A stretch of DNA of 64,000 nt from an uncultured cyanobacterium. Lineage in GTDB: Bacteria > Cyanobacteriota > Cyanobacteriia > CAKZMO01. A model generated the notes under the pieces. That model was given only the letters and a program-made list of their open reading frames with translations. It did not search any database and was not told where the DNA came from. This document shows, in pieces, positions 50,669 to 60,499 of this stretch. Position 1 is the first letter of the stretch; each line of letters starts with the position of its first letter. The position numbers and the translations under genes are program-made. The stretch is from positions 736,001 to 800,000 of the forward strand of contig CAVRCJ010000003.1 of NCBI GenBank assembly GCA_963719515.1, given 5' to 3'.

Positions 50669-50921
50669 GGGTTTTCTCTCTTTTTTATGGGGTAAGAAAA
50701 CCCAAAAATAAGGTCGTGCCTTGTTTTGGGCGGCTGAGGTGGCTGCAGATATTGGATAATACCTGCAGCTCGAAGACAGCTATGTCCTGTCCAAGGGTCA
50801 GGGTGCGATCGCCACCGCTAATGGCGATCGCACCCGTTTGACCAAATTTTTGGGGTTAGCAAGCTGCATCGGACTACAGCTTCTAGCAGATGAGTGTAGC
50901 GCCTTAGGGGATGAGAGGCAA
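50669..50921 (-). ncRNA. Putative structured leader RNA with promoter (copy 2)
   Basis: TTGCCT-17-TACACT promoter; 5' hairpin; CCCAAAAAT...ATTTTTGGG closing stem enclosing three hairpins. Confidence 0.65.
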
Positions 50922-51139
50922 GCGTCAGGTCGTGAAATCAGCGCTCATTTTGAAAAATGCAGGCAACGAACCGTCTGGCTACGCTATCACCCTCGCCACA
51001 GGCAAACGCTAAAGCGATCGCGGTCGTCGCTTGGCGTAGCTATTGCTCTCTTTTAAATCCAGGCACATCGACAGATGATGCAATAGTTTCAACAGCGATA
51101 TCGTTGATCTGACCTGTCGCATTCACCCTCTCATCACCT

Positions 51140-51643
51140 ATGACATTTAGCGAAAAAATCAGTCAGTCTAGCAAACAACCCAGCGACCCCCGCAATCAGG
51201 AGCAGGTTACCCCGGCTGAATCGCCCGCCAACGGCAATCTGGCTACGCCCGTCAACTCGTCTAACTTTTCTAAGACTCTTATTAATAATATGCCTGCCTA
51301 CCGCGAGGGGTTGTCTATTACCCGTCGGGGTCTGGAAGTGGGGCTTACCCATGGGTTAATCATCTATGCGCCTTTCGCTAAGCTCGGTCCCCTGCGGGAT
51401 ACCGACATTGCCAATGCGGTGGGGCTGCTCTCTAGCGTTGGGCTAACCATCATTCTCACGGTGACGCTGCTGCTCTATGCCGTCAGCAATCCGCCTGCCC
51501 CGATTCAAACGATTACTACGCCTAATCCTCCTAACGCAATGGCCACCAGCGAGGGCTGGAAGGACTATGCCAAGGGATTCTGCATCGGCAGCTTTATTGG
51601 GATTGCGATCGCCTACGCAGTGGTGACCCTGCTCGGTCTCTAG
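51140..51643 (+). CDS. psaL: Photosystem I subunit XI (PsaL) paralog
   Basis: GNLATPVNSS, NMPAYREGLS..RRGLEVGLTHG, KLGPLRDT. Confidence 0.92.
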   Translation: MTFSEKISQSSKQPSDPRNQEQVTPAESPANGNLATPVNSSNFSKTLINNMPAYREGLSITRRGLEVGLTHGLIIYAPFAKLGPLRDTDIANAVGLLSSVGLTIILTVTLLLYAVSNPPAPIQTITTPNPPNAMATSEGWKDYAKGFCIGSFIGIAIAYAVVTLLGL

Positions 51644-51699
51644 AGCGTCTGCTGCTTTATCCGCAGCTTATCGCCGTCTGCAGTCTTTGCGGGCGGCGA

Positions 51700-51898
51700 T
51701 CCTTTTTTTGTGTAGATGGTCGCGCATTTTTTCTTGTAGCGCGGCCAGGCTATCGGCGGCGGAGCGCAGCTCAATGACGAAGTCGGGGGCGATGGGGGGA
51801 AAGGTTCCGCGCTGCTGCGGGGTGAGGGCCTCCCAGCGGCGGCGCTTTACCCCAAGCGGCATCGGGGGAGCGGTTGGCACCGTGGTGATGGCGGTCAT
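51700..51898 (-). pseudogene. Uma2 (DUF820) endonuclease fragment
   Basis: RWEALTPQQRGTFPPIAPDFVIELRS..DSL..LQEKM. Confidence 0.8.
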
Positions 51899-52228
51899 GG
51901 CTTGCTTTGGGGTGGGCCTTGCCCTTGCGAAATCTATGTTTATTATCGCCTGTGCGATCGCCTCCGGGGTGTTTGCGGATCTAGATCTGCGGCTAGATGA
52001 TGTGATGCCGTAGGGGCGTTCGCGTAGCGTAGCCGAAGGCTTGATCGCGATCGTAAGATAAGGAGCTTGCGGCTACGCTATCTCCGCTACCTTCTGGCTA
52101 CACCGCTGCGGTTGAACAGCCATTTGTCAATGCCTCGGCGATCGGTAGCCCCGATTAGCATTTGGGGGCGGTTTGGCTAAGCTATGAGGGTAAATGCTGT
52201 CTATTGGCACTCCTGCTAAGCGCTGTGG

Positions 52229-52444
52229 CTAAGCGCCTCTAGCTTGCTCGAAGGCCTGAATTTTGTGAGTAAGGCTTTCTACCGTCTCGCCAACAAACAG
52301 GCTATTTCGGTGCGCTAGAGTGTCGCCGCCATCGCTCCACCAGCGGCTGACAACGACGACCATTTGGGATGGCGTCATTGTTCGACTGAGAATTTTCATT
52401 GCTTCCAAGACAACGGCCTGCTCGTCAGGGAGTGAGATGTTCAT
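52229..52444 (-). CDS. Small probable antitoxin
   Basis: 71 aa, 4-nt overlap with the end of the PIN gene. Confidence 0.65.
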   Translation of the reverse strand: MNISLPDEQAVVLEAMKILSRTMTPSQMVVVVSRWWSDGGDTLAHRNSLFVGETVESLTHKIQAFEQARGA

Positions 52445-52884
52445 TCGGGTGCCTCGGTAAGTTCTAGAACAAAGCTAACCGGATTCATCGCTTTGATTGG
52501 GCCTTTATAGCGACGCAGTAGCCGATCATCACAAGCGAGAAATGCATAACATCTGGCTTCTTCAGCAGAAGCGATATGAAGAGCATCAAGGGGCTTTATC
52601 CCTTCCTGTTCTAGCATTTTAGCTCTTTGGGTGATGTCATCTTTGAGAGGCTGGCAGGTTTGCGCGAGCCGCAAGCACTCGGTAACTCAGCTTTGACGGA
52701 CCTGACTAGAGTTTCGACTATTTTCGTAATCTAGTACGGGCGAGCTGACAAGCTCTAAGCGATTGTCCTCAACTAATTGCAGTATTGTTCGCAGCGCTTG
52801 GGTTTCGAGAATTATCCTGGCTTGGGTTTGATCATCAAATGGTCGGTTGAAGACGCTGGTATCTATATAAATTCGTGTTGACAA
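52441..52884 (-). pseudogene. PIN-domain toxin with an in-frame TGA at 52687-52689
   Basis: IYIDTSVFNRPFDDQ...QS*VTECLRLA...DALHIASA...CDD, both halves in the same frame. Confidence 0.85.
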
Positions 52885-53016
52885 GTCCCAACCCCTAGTC
52901 ACTCCGTTGTCTTAGCTGCCTTTTAGGGTTCCCTACCGTGCAGCGATTGGAACAAAACAGAGACAAGTAAGAGCTCGCTTTAGCCCGCTCTATACTAAAC
53001 TACATTGTGGGTTCTA

Positions 53017-53523
53017 CTACTTCAAGCGATCAATTTGGTCTTGGATTCGCTTAGCATCCATCGGGAAAACTTGTAAGAAGTATTCAAGCGCTTCGTTCAA
53101 CCGTTTCAGACCCCCAGTCATATCGCCATAGTAGGTTGCTTTTAGATTTCCAATGTATTCAAGAGCAAATGCTCTACCATATCTATTTCCTTCTTGTTCG
53201 TAAATGCTCTCAGCCTCAGAAAACAAGGAGATTGCTTCGTCCAGGCAGCCACACTCAAGCTTGATCCTACCAGCGTTAAAGAAGATGTTTGCTCTCTTTT
53301 CAAGATCTTCGTGCTTTTGCGCAAGGGATATAGCATCTTCAGATAGTTTTAGAGCTTCTCTGCCTCTGTCGAAAGGAGATCTATCTTGATCTTGAAGTAC
53401 TAGTAACCCGAGTTCTACCATAGCTGACGCGGAATTTGGTTTGTCCTGACTTGCTCGATCCAGTAATATACTTTCTCTACATAGTTCGATTGCTTCTTTT
53501 ATTTGACCTAGACTTTCCTTCAA
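53017..53523 (-). CDS. TPR tail, out-of-frame continuation of the CHAT-STAND gene
   Basis: TPR-like helices; removing one A at 53535-53538 gives ...AAILQSLSGLKESLGQIKEAI... Confidence 0.7.
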   Translation of the reverse strand: MKESLGQIKEAIELCRESILLDRASQDKPNSASAMVELGLLVLQDQDRSPFDRGREALKLSEDAISLAQKHEDLEKRANIFFNAGRIKLECGCLDEAISLFSEAESIYEQEGNRYGRAFALEYIGNLKATYYGDMTGGLKRLNEALEYFLQVFPMDAKRIQDQIDRLK

Positions 53524-55990
53524 GCCCGAAAGACTTTTGGAGAATAGCAGCCTTTTCTGATATGCTGCGAGAGCTCTTTAGAGCCATTCTATAATGGACA
53601 GCAGCAGCGCTGAATCCACCTAATTGAACTTCAGCATAAGCACGCCTACTATATATGTCACTATCATTGCTTATCTTAAGAGTATTAGAGCATAAAAAGA
53701 GGGCTTCTCTAAACAAGCCCCTATAAAACCATCGATTGGTTAACATTTTCGTAACTGCTACAGCATACTCTTCTATTTCTAAAAATAATGCCATTCGATG
53801 AATTTCTAAAAGCTTTCCTTCTGTAGTCTGACTTGCTTTTAATACCCAAGATTCATACAAAATTTTAACAGCAGGCTTACATACTTTCTCAATATCTTCA
53901 TAAGGCTTTAAGGGTAATATTTTTGGCACTCGCAGCGAAGCGTCTACCGAAAGCTCTAATAAACCTAAGGATATACATCGATCAATAATATCCGCTTCGA
54001 TTTTAAGAACTTTACATACTTCAAGAGCTACTTCTGCTGGTACTGAGATCTGAAAGACTATCAAGCATGAAAGCAAAGATTCAATTGAGCCATGGAGGCA
54101 TGACAGTAGAGGCTCGCTTATTATTTGATTTCGTAGATTTATAGCAATAGATTCTAACTGAGGCGCAGAAGTATATATCTCCTGCGCCAGCTTTTCTAAT
54201 AGAAAAGGATTACCATCTGCCAGCTCTAGCACTTGCTTTAGTAAAACATCATTCACGCTGGAATTCGCTTCAAAACACTTCAGACGGCTGCACTTTTTTC
54301 GTAGGTCCGCCCCCGCAAACGCATCCAGCGGCTGCTTATGAAACCACCGCCACCCGCTAAACTCAAAGTCGTAGCGGCTGGTCAAAATTAGCTTGTGGGG
54401 CGCATAGGTTTCCTCAATCGCCCACAGCAAATCTCGCAGCGGCTCCACCGCCCAAGGCCGCAGCACATAGCCCCCGCCCCGCGCTTCCAAATTCTGCTCA
54501 AAGTCATCCAGCACCAGCAAAAAGGGCTTTGCCCCCGCCTCCTGCAGTTGCTCAAACACCCCCCGCAGCCGGTACTTCAGCGCCTCATCAGGGTTTTTAA
54601 GGCGATCGCGCAGCGCCTGATCGTCCACGCCATCCGCCAGCGCCGCCGCCAGCTTCGCCGCGTCCACCCGCCCCGAAATCACGATTCGCTTAAAGTCCGG
54701 GAGGCGATCGCACAGCCGCGCCGCCAGGCTGCTCTTGCCCAAGCCCCCCATGCCGTGCACCAGCACGCCTATCTTCTCCGGGTCTTTCAGCGCTCTAAGA
54801 CAGCGCTGAAGCTGCCGCCGCCGCCCCACAAAGCCCTCGCGCCCCGGCACCTTGATCTGCTTAGTCTTCGGGTCCAAAAATTCAGTGGTGACAGTGGGCT
54901 TCGGCGCTCGCTTCCAGCCCCGCGTCCGGGGCGAGGTCACCAACTCACCGGGTAATCGCTGCCCCACATACAGCCGCAGCAGATACCAGTCCCGCCGCTC
55001 CTGCTTGATCATCTCCTGCACCGTTTCCGCCAGTGCCGAGGTCAGCGATCGCCCCCGCGACAGCTCGGTATGCAGCCTGGCCGCTGCCGCCGTAGCGTCC
55101 GTATCCAGCACCGTTTGCCCCCAGCCCAGCACCGCCGCTGCGCCGCAGGTCAAAAGCTGCTCCGCCATCGAGGGCACCGCCCCCGCATTGCCCGCCTGTC
55201 CCGTGCGGCAGCCAGATACAAACACCAGCTTTGGCAGCGGCAGGCGCAGGCTTTTGGCAATCTCTTCTGGGGCCGCATAGTGGGCCAACCCCTCCGCCGT
55301 CTCCGTCATAAACCGGGGCTCCCCGTCTTTCAGCGTGGCGTGCCCCGTTAGGTGGGCCACATCAAAATAGCCCTTGCCGCCGTCTCTGCCATAGTCATCC
55401 ACGGTCTGCTGCAGCTCCTCCAGGTTGCCGGTCTCTTCCACCACCAGCTCCACCGAGGACCGCGCCGCCGCTGCCAGAATTTCCCCCTCCTCCTGCTCAT
55501 AGTCCAGCACCGGCTCCACCCCCTCCGGCGAGGTCGCCATAAATAGCACCCGCAGCGCCCGATTCTGCGGGTCAGGGTCCACCGTCAGCCGCCCCACACT
55601 ATCCGACGACGCCCACCGCACCGGCACCACCGCAGGCAGCCGCTGCACCAAAAACTGCGCCCCATCGTGCAGCACCTCCCAAGGCAGGTGGGCCAGCCGC
55701 TCCGCCGTAGCGATCGCCAGCACAATTTCTTCGCCAGGGTGCTGGGTCAGTTTGGTCGCTAGCCAGCGCTGGTCACCGTCTAGCCAGTCATAGAGCCGCT
55801 GCCCTGTTTCCGTCAGCTCTTCCTGAAATCGCTGAGAAACGTAGTGATTGGTCTCTGCCTGGTCCACCAGGTCCTGAATCTCGGAGAGCTGCAGCGATCG
55901 CTCATCGTAGTCATTGGGGTTGTCCCCAAAGCAGCGCAGTTCGACAGTTTCGCCGCTGACGGCTTTGAGGTCGAGGTGGAGGATAGCCAT
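53477..55990 (-). CDS. CHAT (caspase-like) protease - STAND NTPase - TPR protein, frameshifted near the C-terminus
   Basis: LPWE, HLTGH, VSGCRTG; FVGR, GMGGLGKS, LVLDDFE, TSR, GNP. Confidence 0.88.
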   Translation of the reverse strand: MAILHLDLKAVSGETVELRCFGDNPNDYDERSLQLSEIQDLVDQAETNHYVSQRFQEELTETGQRLYDWLDGDQRWLATKLTQHPGEEIVLAIATAERLAHLPWEVLHDGAQFLVQRLPAVVPVRWASSDSVGRLTVDPDPQNRALRVLFMATSPEGVEPVLDYEQEEGEILAAAARSSVELVVEETGNLEELQQTVDDYGRDGGKGYFDVAHLTGHATLKDGEPRFMTETAEGLAHYAAPEEIAKSLRLPLPKLVFVSGCRTGQAGNAGAVPSMAEQLLTCGAAAVLGWGQTVLDTDATAAAARLHTELSRGRSLTSALAETVQEMIKQERRDWYLLRLYVGQRLPGELVTSPRTRGWKRAPKPTVTTEFLDPKTKQIKVPGREGFVGRRRQLQRCLRALKDPEKIGVLVHGMGGLGKSSLAARLCDRLPDFKRIVISGRVDAAKLAAALADGVDDQALRDRLKNPDEALKYRLRGVFEQLQEAGAKPFLLVLDDFEQNLEARGGGYVLRPWAVEPLRDLLWAIEETYAPHKLILTSRYDFEFSGWRWFHKQPLDAFAGADLRKKCSRLKCFEANSSVNDVLLKQVLELADGNPFLLEKLAQEIYTSAPQLESIAINLRNQIISEPLLSCLHGSIESLLSCLIVFQISVPAEVALEVCKVLKIEADIIDRCISLGLLELSVDASLRVPKILPLKPYEDIEKVCKPAVKILYESWVLKASQTTEGKLLEIHRMALFLEIEEYAVAVTKMLTNRWFYRGLFREALFLCSNTLKISNDSDIYSRRAYAEVQLGGFSAAAVHYRMALKSSRSISEKAAILQKSFGLEGKSRSNKRSNRTM

Positions 55991-55995
55991 GGGTG

Positions 55996-56328
55996 CTAGG
56001 CGTCTAAAATTTTCTGAATCTGCTCAACGGTGGCGTCCTTTAGCAGCAGACGCCTGCCGTTGCGGCCCACGAGCATTGCTTTTTCAACTCGGGCCGGGGC
56101 GCTGGGCGATCGCGCTTTGCGAGCGGCCTGATACCACTGGTAAAGCTTCTCAGCAATGGTCAGCGTCCCGCCTACAATCCCCACAATGGTGGCAATGGCG
56201 ACTAAGATGCCTTCCTTCTCGTCTTCACCCTCCACCTCATACCCGCCGGAGAGGCCATCGATAGCCAGCATCTCCTCGGTGGCGGCAACGGCGTCGCTGC
56301 CCTGAATTTCAATCAAAATATCGGCCAT
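55996..56328 (-). CDS. Small single-hydrophobic-helix protein immediately upstream of the CHAT-STAND gene
   Basis: 110 aa, acidic loop then GILVAIATIVGIVGGTLTIA..LYQW; 5-nt gap to next gene. Confidence 0.8.
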   Translation of the reverse strand: MADILIEIQGSDAVAATEEMLAIDGLSGGYEVEGEDEKEGILVAIATIVGIVGGTLTIAEKLYQWYQAARKARSPSAPARVEKAMLVGRNGRRLLLKDATVEQIQKILDA

Positions 56329-56566
56329 AGGTTACGACGCAACAGCCCGCTGCAGAATGGATATACGCCTGTTATATCATCTGCCTAAAAAAAGAGGGCA
56401 ATAGTGCTCTGGGACTGGTCTGCGACCAAGAAGTAGGCGTTCTAAGTTTTCTACAACAGCCAGATAGCGACTGCGAACCGCCTCAAACCATCTAGAGCAG
56501 CGCAGCCCTCTCAAATCGCGATCGCTACACCATGCACAATCTGGGCTCATCGGCGCTTCAGCGTCA

Positions 56567-56650
56567 TCAACAGCGACACCTGAGCTATCAACCCCCACAC
56601 CTGAAGCATCAACTACCACCCTCAAGAGGCCAGTCACCGCATCTAAAGTG
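56567..56650. repeat. Degenerate 21-bp tandem repeat
   Basis: catcaacagcgacacctgagc / tatcaacccccacacctgaag / catcaactaccaccctcaaga. Confidence 0.7.
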
Positions 56651-56692
56651 CCGTCGAAACGGCCATCTCCCGGATCTACTCTTAGGCGACTC

Positions 56693-57871
56693 TTAGGCGA
56701 CAGTCAAAGGCCGGTCTCCAGAGACCATCGGGGCCCCCTCTTCCCGAACCGGCTGATACAGCGTATCCCGCTGCTGGGCCGGACGCCCAATAGAGGCGAT
56801 CGCCCCCTGCAGCTGCTCCGCCGTCATGCAGGTGCCCCCCTTCGCCCCCGCCATGGTGGTAATGTGCTCCTCCATCAGCGTGCCGCCAATGTCATTACAG
56901 CCCCACTGCAGGGCTTCCGTGGCCCCCTCTAGCCCCAGCTTCACCCAGCTGGGCTGGTGGTTGACAATCCACTCGCCCAAAAATAGCCGCGCCACCGCCA
57001 TCAGTTTCAGGGCGTCGGCTAAAACGGGCTGATCGCGGCCTACCCGCCGCCGCAGGGGTTTCGGCGCTTCTTGGCCCACAAAGGGCAGGACGATAAATTC
57101 GGTGATGCCCACCTCCCCACGCGCTTCGGCCCGCTGCTGCAGCGATCGCAGCTGGGCCAAGTGCTGCACCTGCTGCAGCGGCGTCTCGATGTGGCCTGAG
57201 AGGATGGTGCTGGTGGTGGGCATGCCCCGGCGGTGGGCCGTCTCTACCACTTCGAGCCAGGTGGCCGCGTTAATCTTCTCGGGGCACAGCACCCGGCGCA
57301 CCTCGTCGTCGAGCACTTCCGCCGCCGTCCCCGGCATCGAGCCCACCCCGGCCTCCTGCATGGCCCCAATCACCGCGTCATAGCTCAGCCCGTCTTCTCG
57401 GGCAATAAACTGCACCTCTTGCGGGGAGAAGGCGTGCAGGTGCAGCGCGGGAAACTGAGTTTTGATGACTTCAATGAGATGGGTATAGTACTGCAGCGAG
57501 GTGCCGTCCCGCTTCGCGCCGACGTGCAGGCCCCCCTGCATGCAGATCTCCGTTGCCCCCACCGCCACCGCGTCTGCCGCCTTGCTGAGGATAGTCGCCT
57601 CATCTAGCCAGTAGGCCCCCTCGCTGCCCTCGTCCCGCCGAAAGGCGCAGAAGCTACAGTGCTGCTCGCAGATGTTGGTGAAGTTGATGTTGCGGTTAAT
57701 GACGTAGGTCACCGTATCGCCCACCAGCCGCCGTCGCAGCTGGTCCGCCGCCTGCTGAATGGCGGCCACCGCCTCCGGGTCAGTCTGGCTCAGCAGCAGA
57801 ACGCCGTCGGCCTCTTGTAGCGGTTGGCCAGAGAGGGCCTTTGCAATTGCGGTGTCAAGTCCCGAACTCAT
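56693..57871 (-). CDS. cofH: FO (8-hydroxy-5-deazaflavin) synthase subunit 2, radical SAM
   Basis: [45 protein letters not shown]. Confidence 0.93.
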   Translation of the reverse strand: MSSGLDTAIAKALSGQPLQEADGVLLLSQTDPEAVAAIQQAADQLRRRLVGDTVTYVINRNINFTNICEQHCSFCAFRRDEGSEGAYWLDEATILSKAADAVAVGATEICMQGGLHVGAKRDGTSLQYYTHLIEVIKTQFPALHLHAFSPQEVQFIAREDGLSYDAVIGAMQEAGVGSMPGTAAEVLDDEVRRVLCPEKINAATWLEVVETAHRRGMPTTSTILSGHIETPLQQVQHLAQLRSLQQRAEARGEVGITEFIVLPFVGQEAPKPLRRRVGRDQPVLADALKLMAVARLFLGEWIVNHQPSWVKLGLEGATEALQWGCNDIGGTLMEEHITTMAGAKGGTCMTAEQLQGAIASIGRPAQQRDTLYQPVREEGAPMVSGDRPLTVA

Positions 57872-58115
57872 AGCGAATTTTAATCAAATCTTATACCGCT
57901 CAGTGTAACGGCTTTTGACGGTAGGCAGAGGCGATCGCGCTGCCAACCCCCCGACGCCTCGCGTCACAGACTATATTTGTTCCACTGTAAGAGGCGCGGT
58001 CGGTGCCCTCTAACGCCTCCCAACGCCTTTCATCACGATTAGCAACACCGCCCTAACGCGCTGCCCCCAAACGCTGATAAGTTAAGGAGCAGCGTACTGA
58101 CGTTAGGACGACACC

Positions 58116-59795
58116 ATGCCACCACGCCGCAATATCGCCCTTGTTATCGCTGGAGGGGCATCGCTGGGAAGCTACGAAGCGGGGGTCATGACGGAGCTGC
58201 TGTATGCCTTGGAGTACCTCAACCGCACCCGCAAGCCCGATGAGCCCGAATATGTGATCGACGTGATTACCGGGGGGTCAGCTGGGGCGCTAACGGCGGC
58301 GCTGGTCGCTCGCATCATCATGTACGATGTCAAGCTGCGATCGCGGCTGTACGAGGCCTGGGTGGAGCGCATTGATATCGTTGAGCTCATGCGACAGGCT
58401 CCGGACAACGCCATATTGTCTAAAGAGGTGATTCACAAGCTGACCCACGAGCTGATTGTTGAGGGCTCTGGGGATGCCGCTAGCCGAAGTGACGTAGCAT
58501 CCTATGCTCCCCGCAGACTGCGTCTGGGCCTCACCCTCAGCAACATGAACGGCATCGACTATGCGCTGCCTGCCCTGTCGTCTGCCATGGCGACGGGGCG
58601 ACGGTTTATAACAACGCTGTTCTCCGACACGGCCCAGTTTGAGGTTTCCGAGCGCAATATTCTGAACTCGGAAATGTGGGCTGAAATTGTGGAGGCGGCG
58701 ATCGCCAGCAGCAGCTTTCCCATTGCCTTTCAGCCCGAAGCAGTGAATCGACGCCCCGCAGACTACCCCAACTCGCTGCTGTCCCAGGGCACCTCAGCTT
58801 TTTTCCCGCCCCCCAACGAAGACGGGCAGAGCGATCGCCCAATGACGTTTCTAGACGGCGGCATTTTCAACAATGAGCCGCTGCAGGAGGCGATTCGGCT
58901 CGCTCGGGATATAGACGGCGGCATTCCCAACCCCGATCGCCTATTTCTGCTGATTGACCCTTCTATCAACGTGTCCAGCTTCGAGGCCGATATCGACGCC
59001 AAGGCCCCTCTAGAGAACCACGTTAGCCGCCTGATTGAGATGATTTTCAACCAGGGGCAGGCGATCGAGTGGCTGCGGCAGGCCTACCTCAAAAACACTG
59101 AAATCGCCTGGCGAGACGAGCTGGTCAAGGGAATTACCTTCCTGGTGCGCACGTCCGACATCGACAGTAATGCTCAGTTCGTGGAGGGGCTACAGCAGCT
59201 GGCCCAGCGGGTGATTCGAGAAAAAAGCCAGATTGCGGAAGAAGATTTGCAGCCTGCTTTAGAAGACCTGCTCAAGTCGATAGAAGACCGCTTTCCGAAA
59301 GAGTACGCCAGCTTGGAGTCAGCCACAAGAAGTGATCAAAAGCAGCTCGTGTTTCGTAATTTGGTTTTCATCCTCAATACCGTAGCGAACTTAGAAGATA
59401 AGTCCATCCTGCGATTCTCGGTGATTGGCTCAACGGCAGGGCAGACCGCCGGCGATCAGATCAGCGGGTTTGGCGGCTTTTTCAACCAAGAGTGGCGACA
59501 GTATGACTACAAGCAAGGGCGAATCGAGGCCCATGCTCGCTTGACGGAGATTTTAGTCACCGCTTACCCCAAAGAGCAGGTCAACGGGCGCACCAGCGAC
59601 GATTACCGCATCGAAGAAGACTTTTCCAACGTCACCCTCAGCGACGCCAATCGCCGCTTGAGGGTGACCATTCGCGACACCATCCTCGATCGCCTCTCTA
59701 AGGTCGTGGGCAATACGCTAAAAATTCCCGCCTCGGGCTGGCTGGTGACGCAGATCATCCTCCGCCGCCGCGTCAGCGAACTGTTGGAGCTATGA
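58116..59795 (+). CDS. Patatin-like phospholipase
   Basis: GGASLG, GGSAG, ASSSFP, DGG. Confidence 0.88.
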   Translation: MPPRRNIALVIAGGASLGSYEAGVMTELLYALEYLNRTRKPDEPEYVIDVITGGSAGALTAALVARIIMYDVKLRSRLYEAWVERIDIVELMRQAPDNAILSKEVIHKLTHELIVEGSGDAASRSDVASYAPRRLRLGLTLSNMNGIDYALPALSSAMATGRRFITTLFSDTAQFEVSERNILNSEMWAEIVEAAIASSSFPIAFQPEAVNRRPADYPNSLLSQGTSAFFPPPNEDGQSDRPMTFLDGGIFNNEPLQEAIRLARDIDGGIPNPDRLFLLIDPSINVSSFEADIDAKAPLENHVSRLIEMIFNQGQAIEWLRQAYLKNTEIAWRDELVKGITFLVRTSDIDSNAQFVEGLQQLAQRVIREKSQIAEEDLQPALEDLLKSIEDRFPKEYASLESATRSDQKQLVFRNLVFILNTVANLEDKSILRFSVIGSTAGQTAGDQISGFGGFFNQEWRQYDYKQGRIEAHARLTEILVTAYPKEQVNGRTSDDYRIEEDFSNVTLSDANRRLRVTIRDTILDRLSKVVGNTLKIPASGWLVTQIILRRRVSELLEL

Positions 59796-59931
59796 GTCAC
59801 GGCGCTAGGGCTCATGACAGAAGAAAGAATTTAGCGAGAGGCCCTGTACAATTAGGCCGTCGGCGTTGAGCAAAGAAATGTTACATTGTGAGATGTCTCT
59901 GACACACTGACGACTAAATTGGGTAACTCTC

Positions 59932-60429
59932 ATGGGCTTTGTTCAACGGTTGCTGACGCTCCTGCTAGTCGGGGCGATCGCCTTAGGCACTTCATTCTCT
60001 CCGGCACTGGCGGCCAGCTCTAGCGTCATTAAGCTACAAGATGACACCGGCTTGACGAAGGACTACGCCGGTAAAACCCTAGTCCAGGCCGAATTTTACA
60101 ACGACGATTTAGCGGGAGCTGACTTTAGCAAAGCCGATCTTCGGGGAGCCGTATTTAACGGAACCCAGCTCAAGAACGCCAACTTTCGCGGCGCGAACCT
60201 CAGCGACGGGGTCTCTTACCTGAGCGATATGTCAGGGGCCGATTTCAGCGACGCAATTCTCGAGTCCGCCATGCTGATGAAGACTAATCTCAAAGACGTC
60301 ACGATTGACGGGGCTGACTTTAGCCTAACGGTATTGGACCGGCTGCAGCAGCGCCAGCTCTGTGCGATCGCTAGCGGCACTAACTCCACAACTGGCGTAG
60401 ATACCAAAGAATCTCTAGAGTGCCGATAA
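59932..60429 (+). CDS. Pentapeptide repeat protein (exported/lumenal)
   Basis: Signal peptide, A(D/N)L/F repeats, C-terminal LC..ASGTN..TGVDT.ESLEC. Confidence 0.92.
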   Translation: MGFVQRLLTLLLVGAIALGTSFSPALAASSSVIKLQDDTGLTKDYAGKTLVQAEFYNDDLAGADFSKADLRGAVFNGTQLKNANFRGANLSDGVSYLSDMSGADFSDAILESAMLMKTNLKDVTIDGADFSLTVLDRLQQRQLCAIASGTNSTTGVDTKESLECR

Positions 60430-60499
60430 GGGCCGCGTCGCGGTAGGGATATAGCGCCGCCCTATTTTCAGGGGCGCTCACCCTGCCCCCGCCATACCC

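Noticed and set aside
52010..52200. Short imperfect hairpins after the Uma2 fragment
   Set aside because: No second copy or clear boundaries in the window; too weak to call
58116..59795. Patatin as a CBASS effector
   Set aside because: No CD-NTase or other CBASS gene nearby
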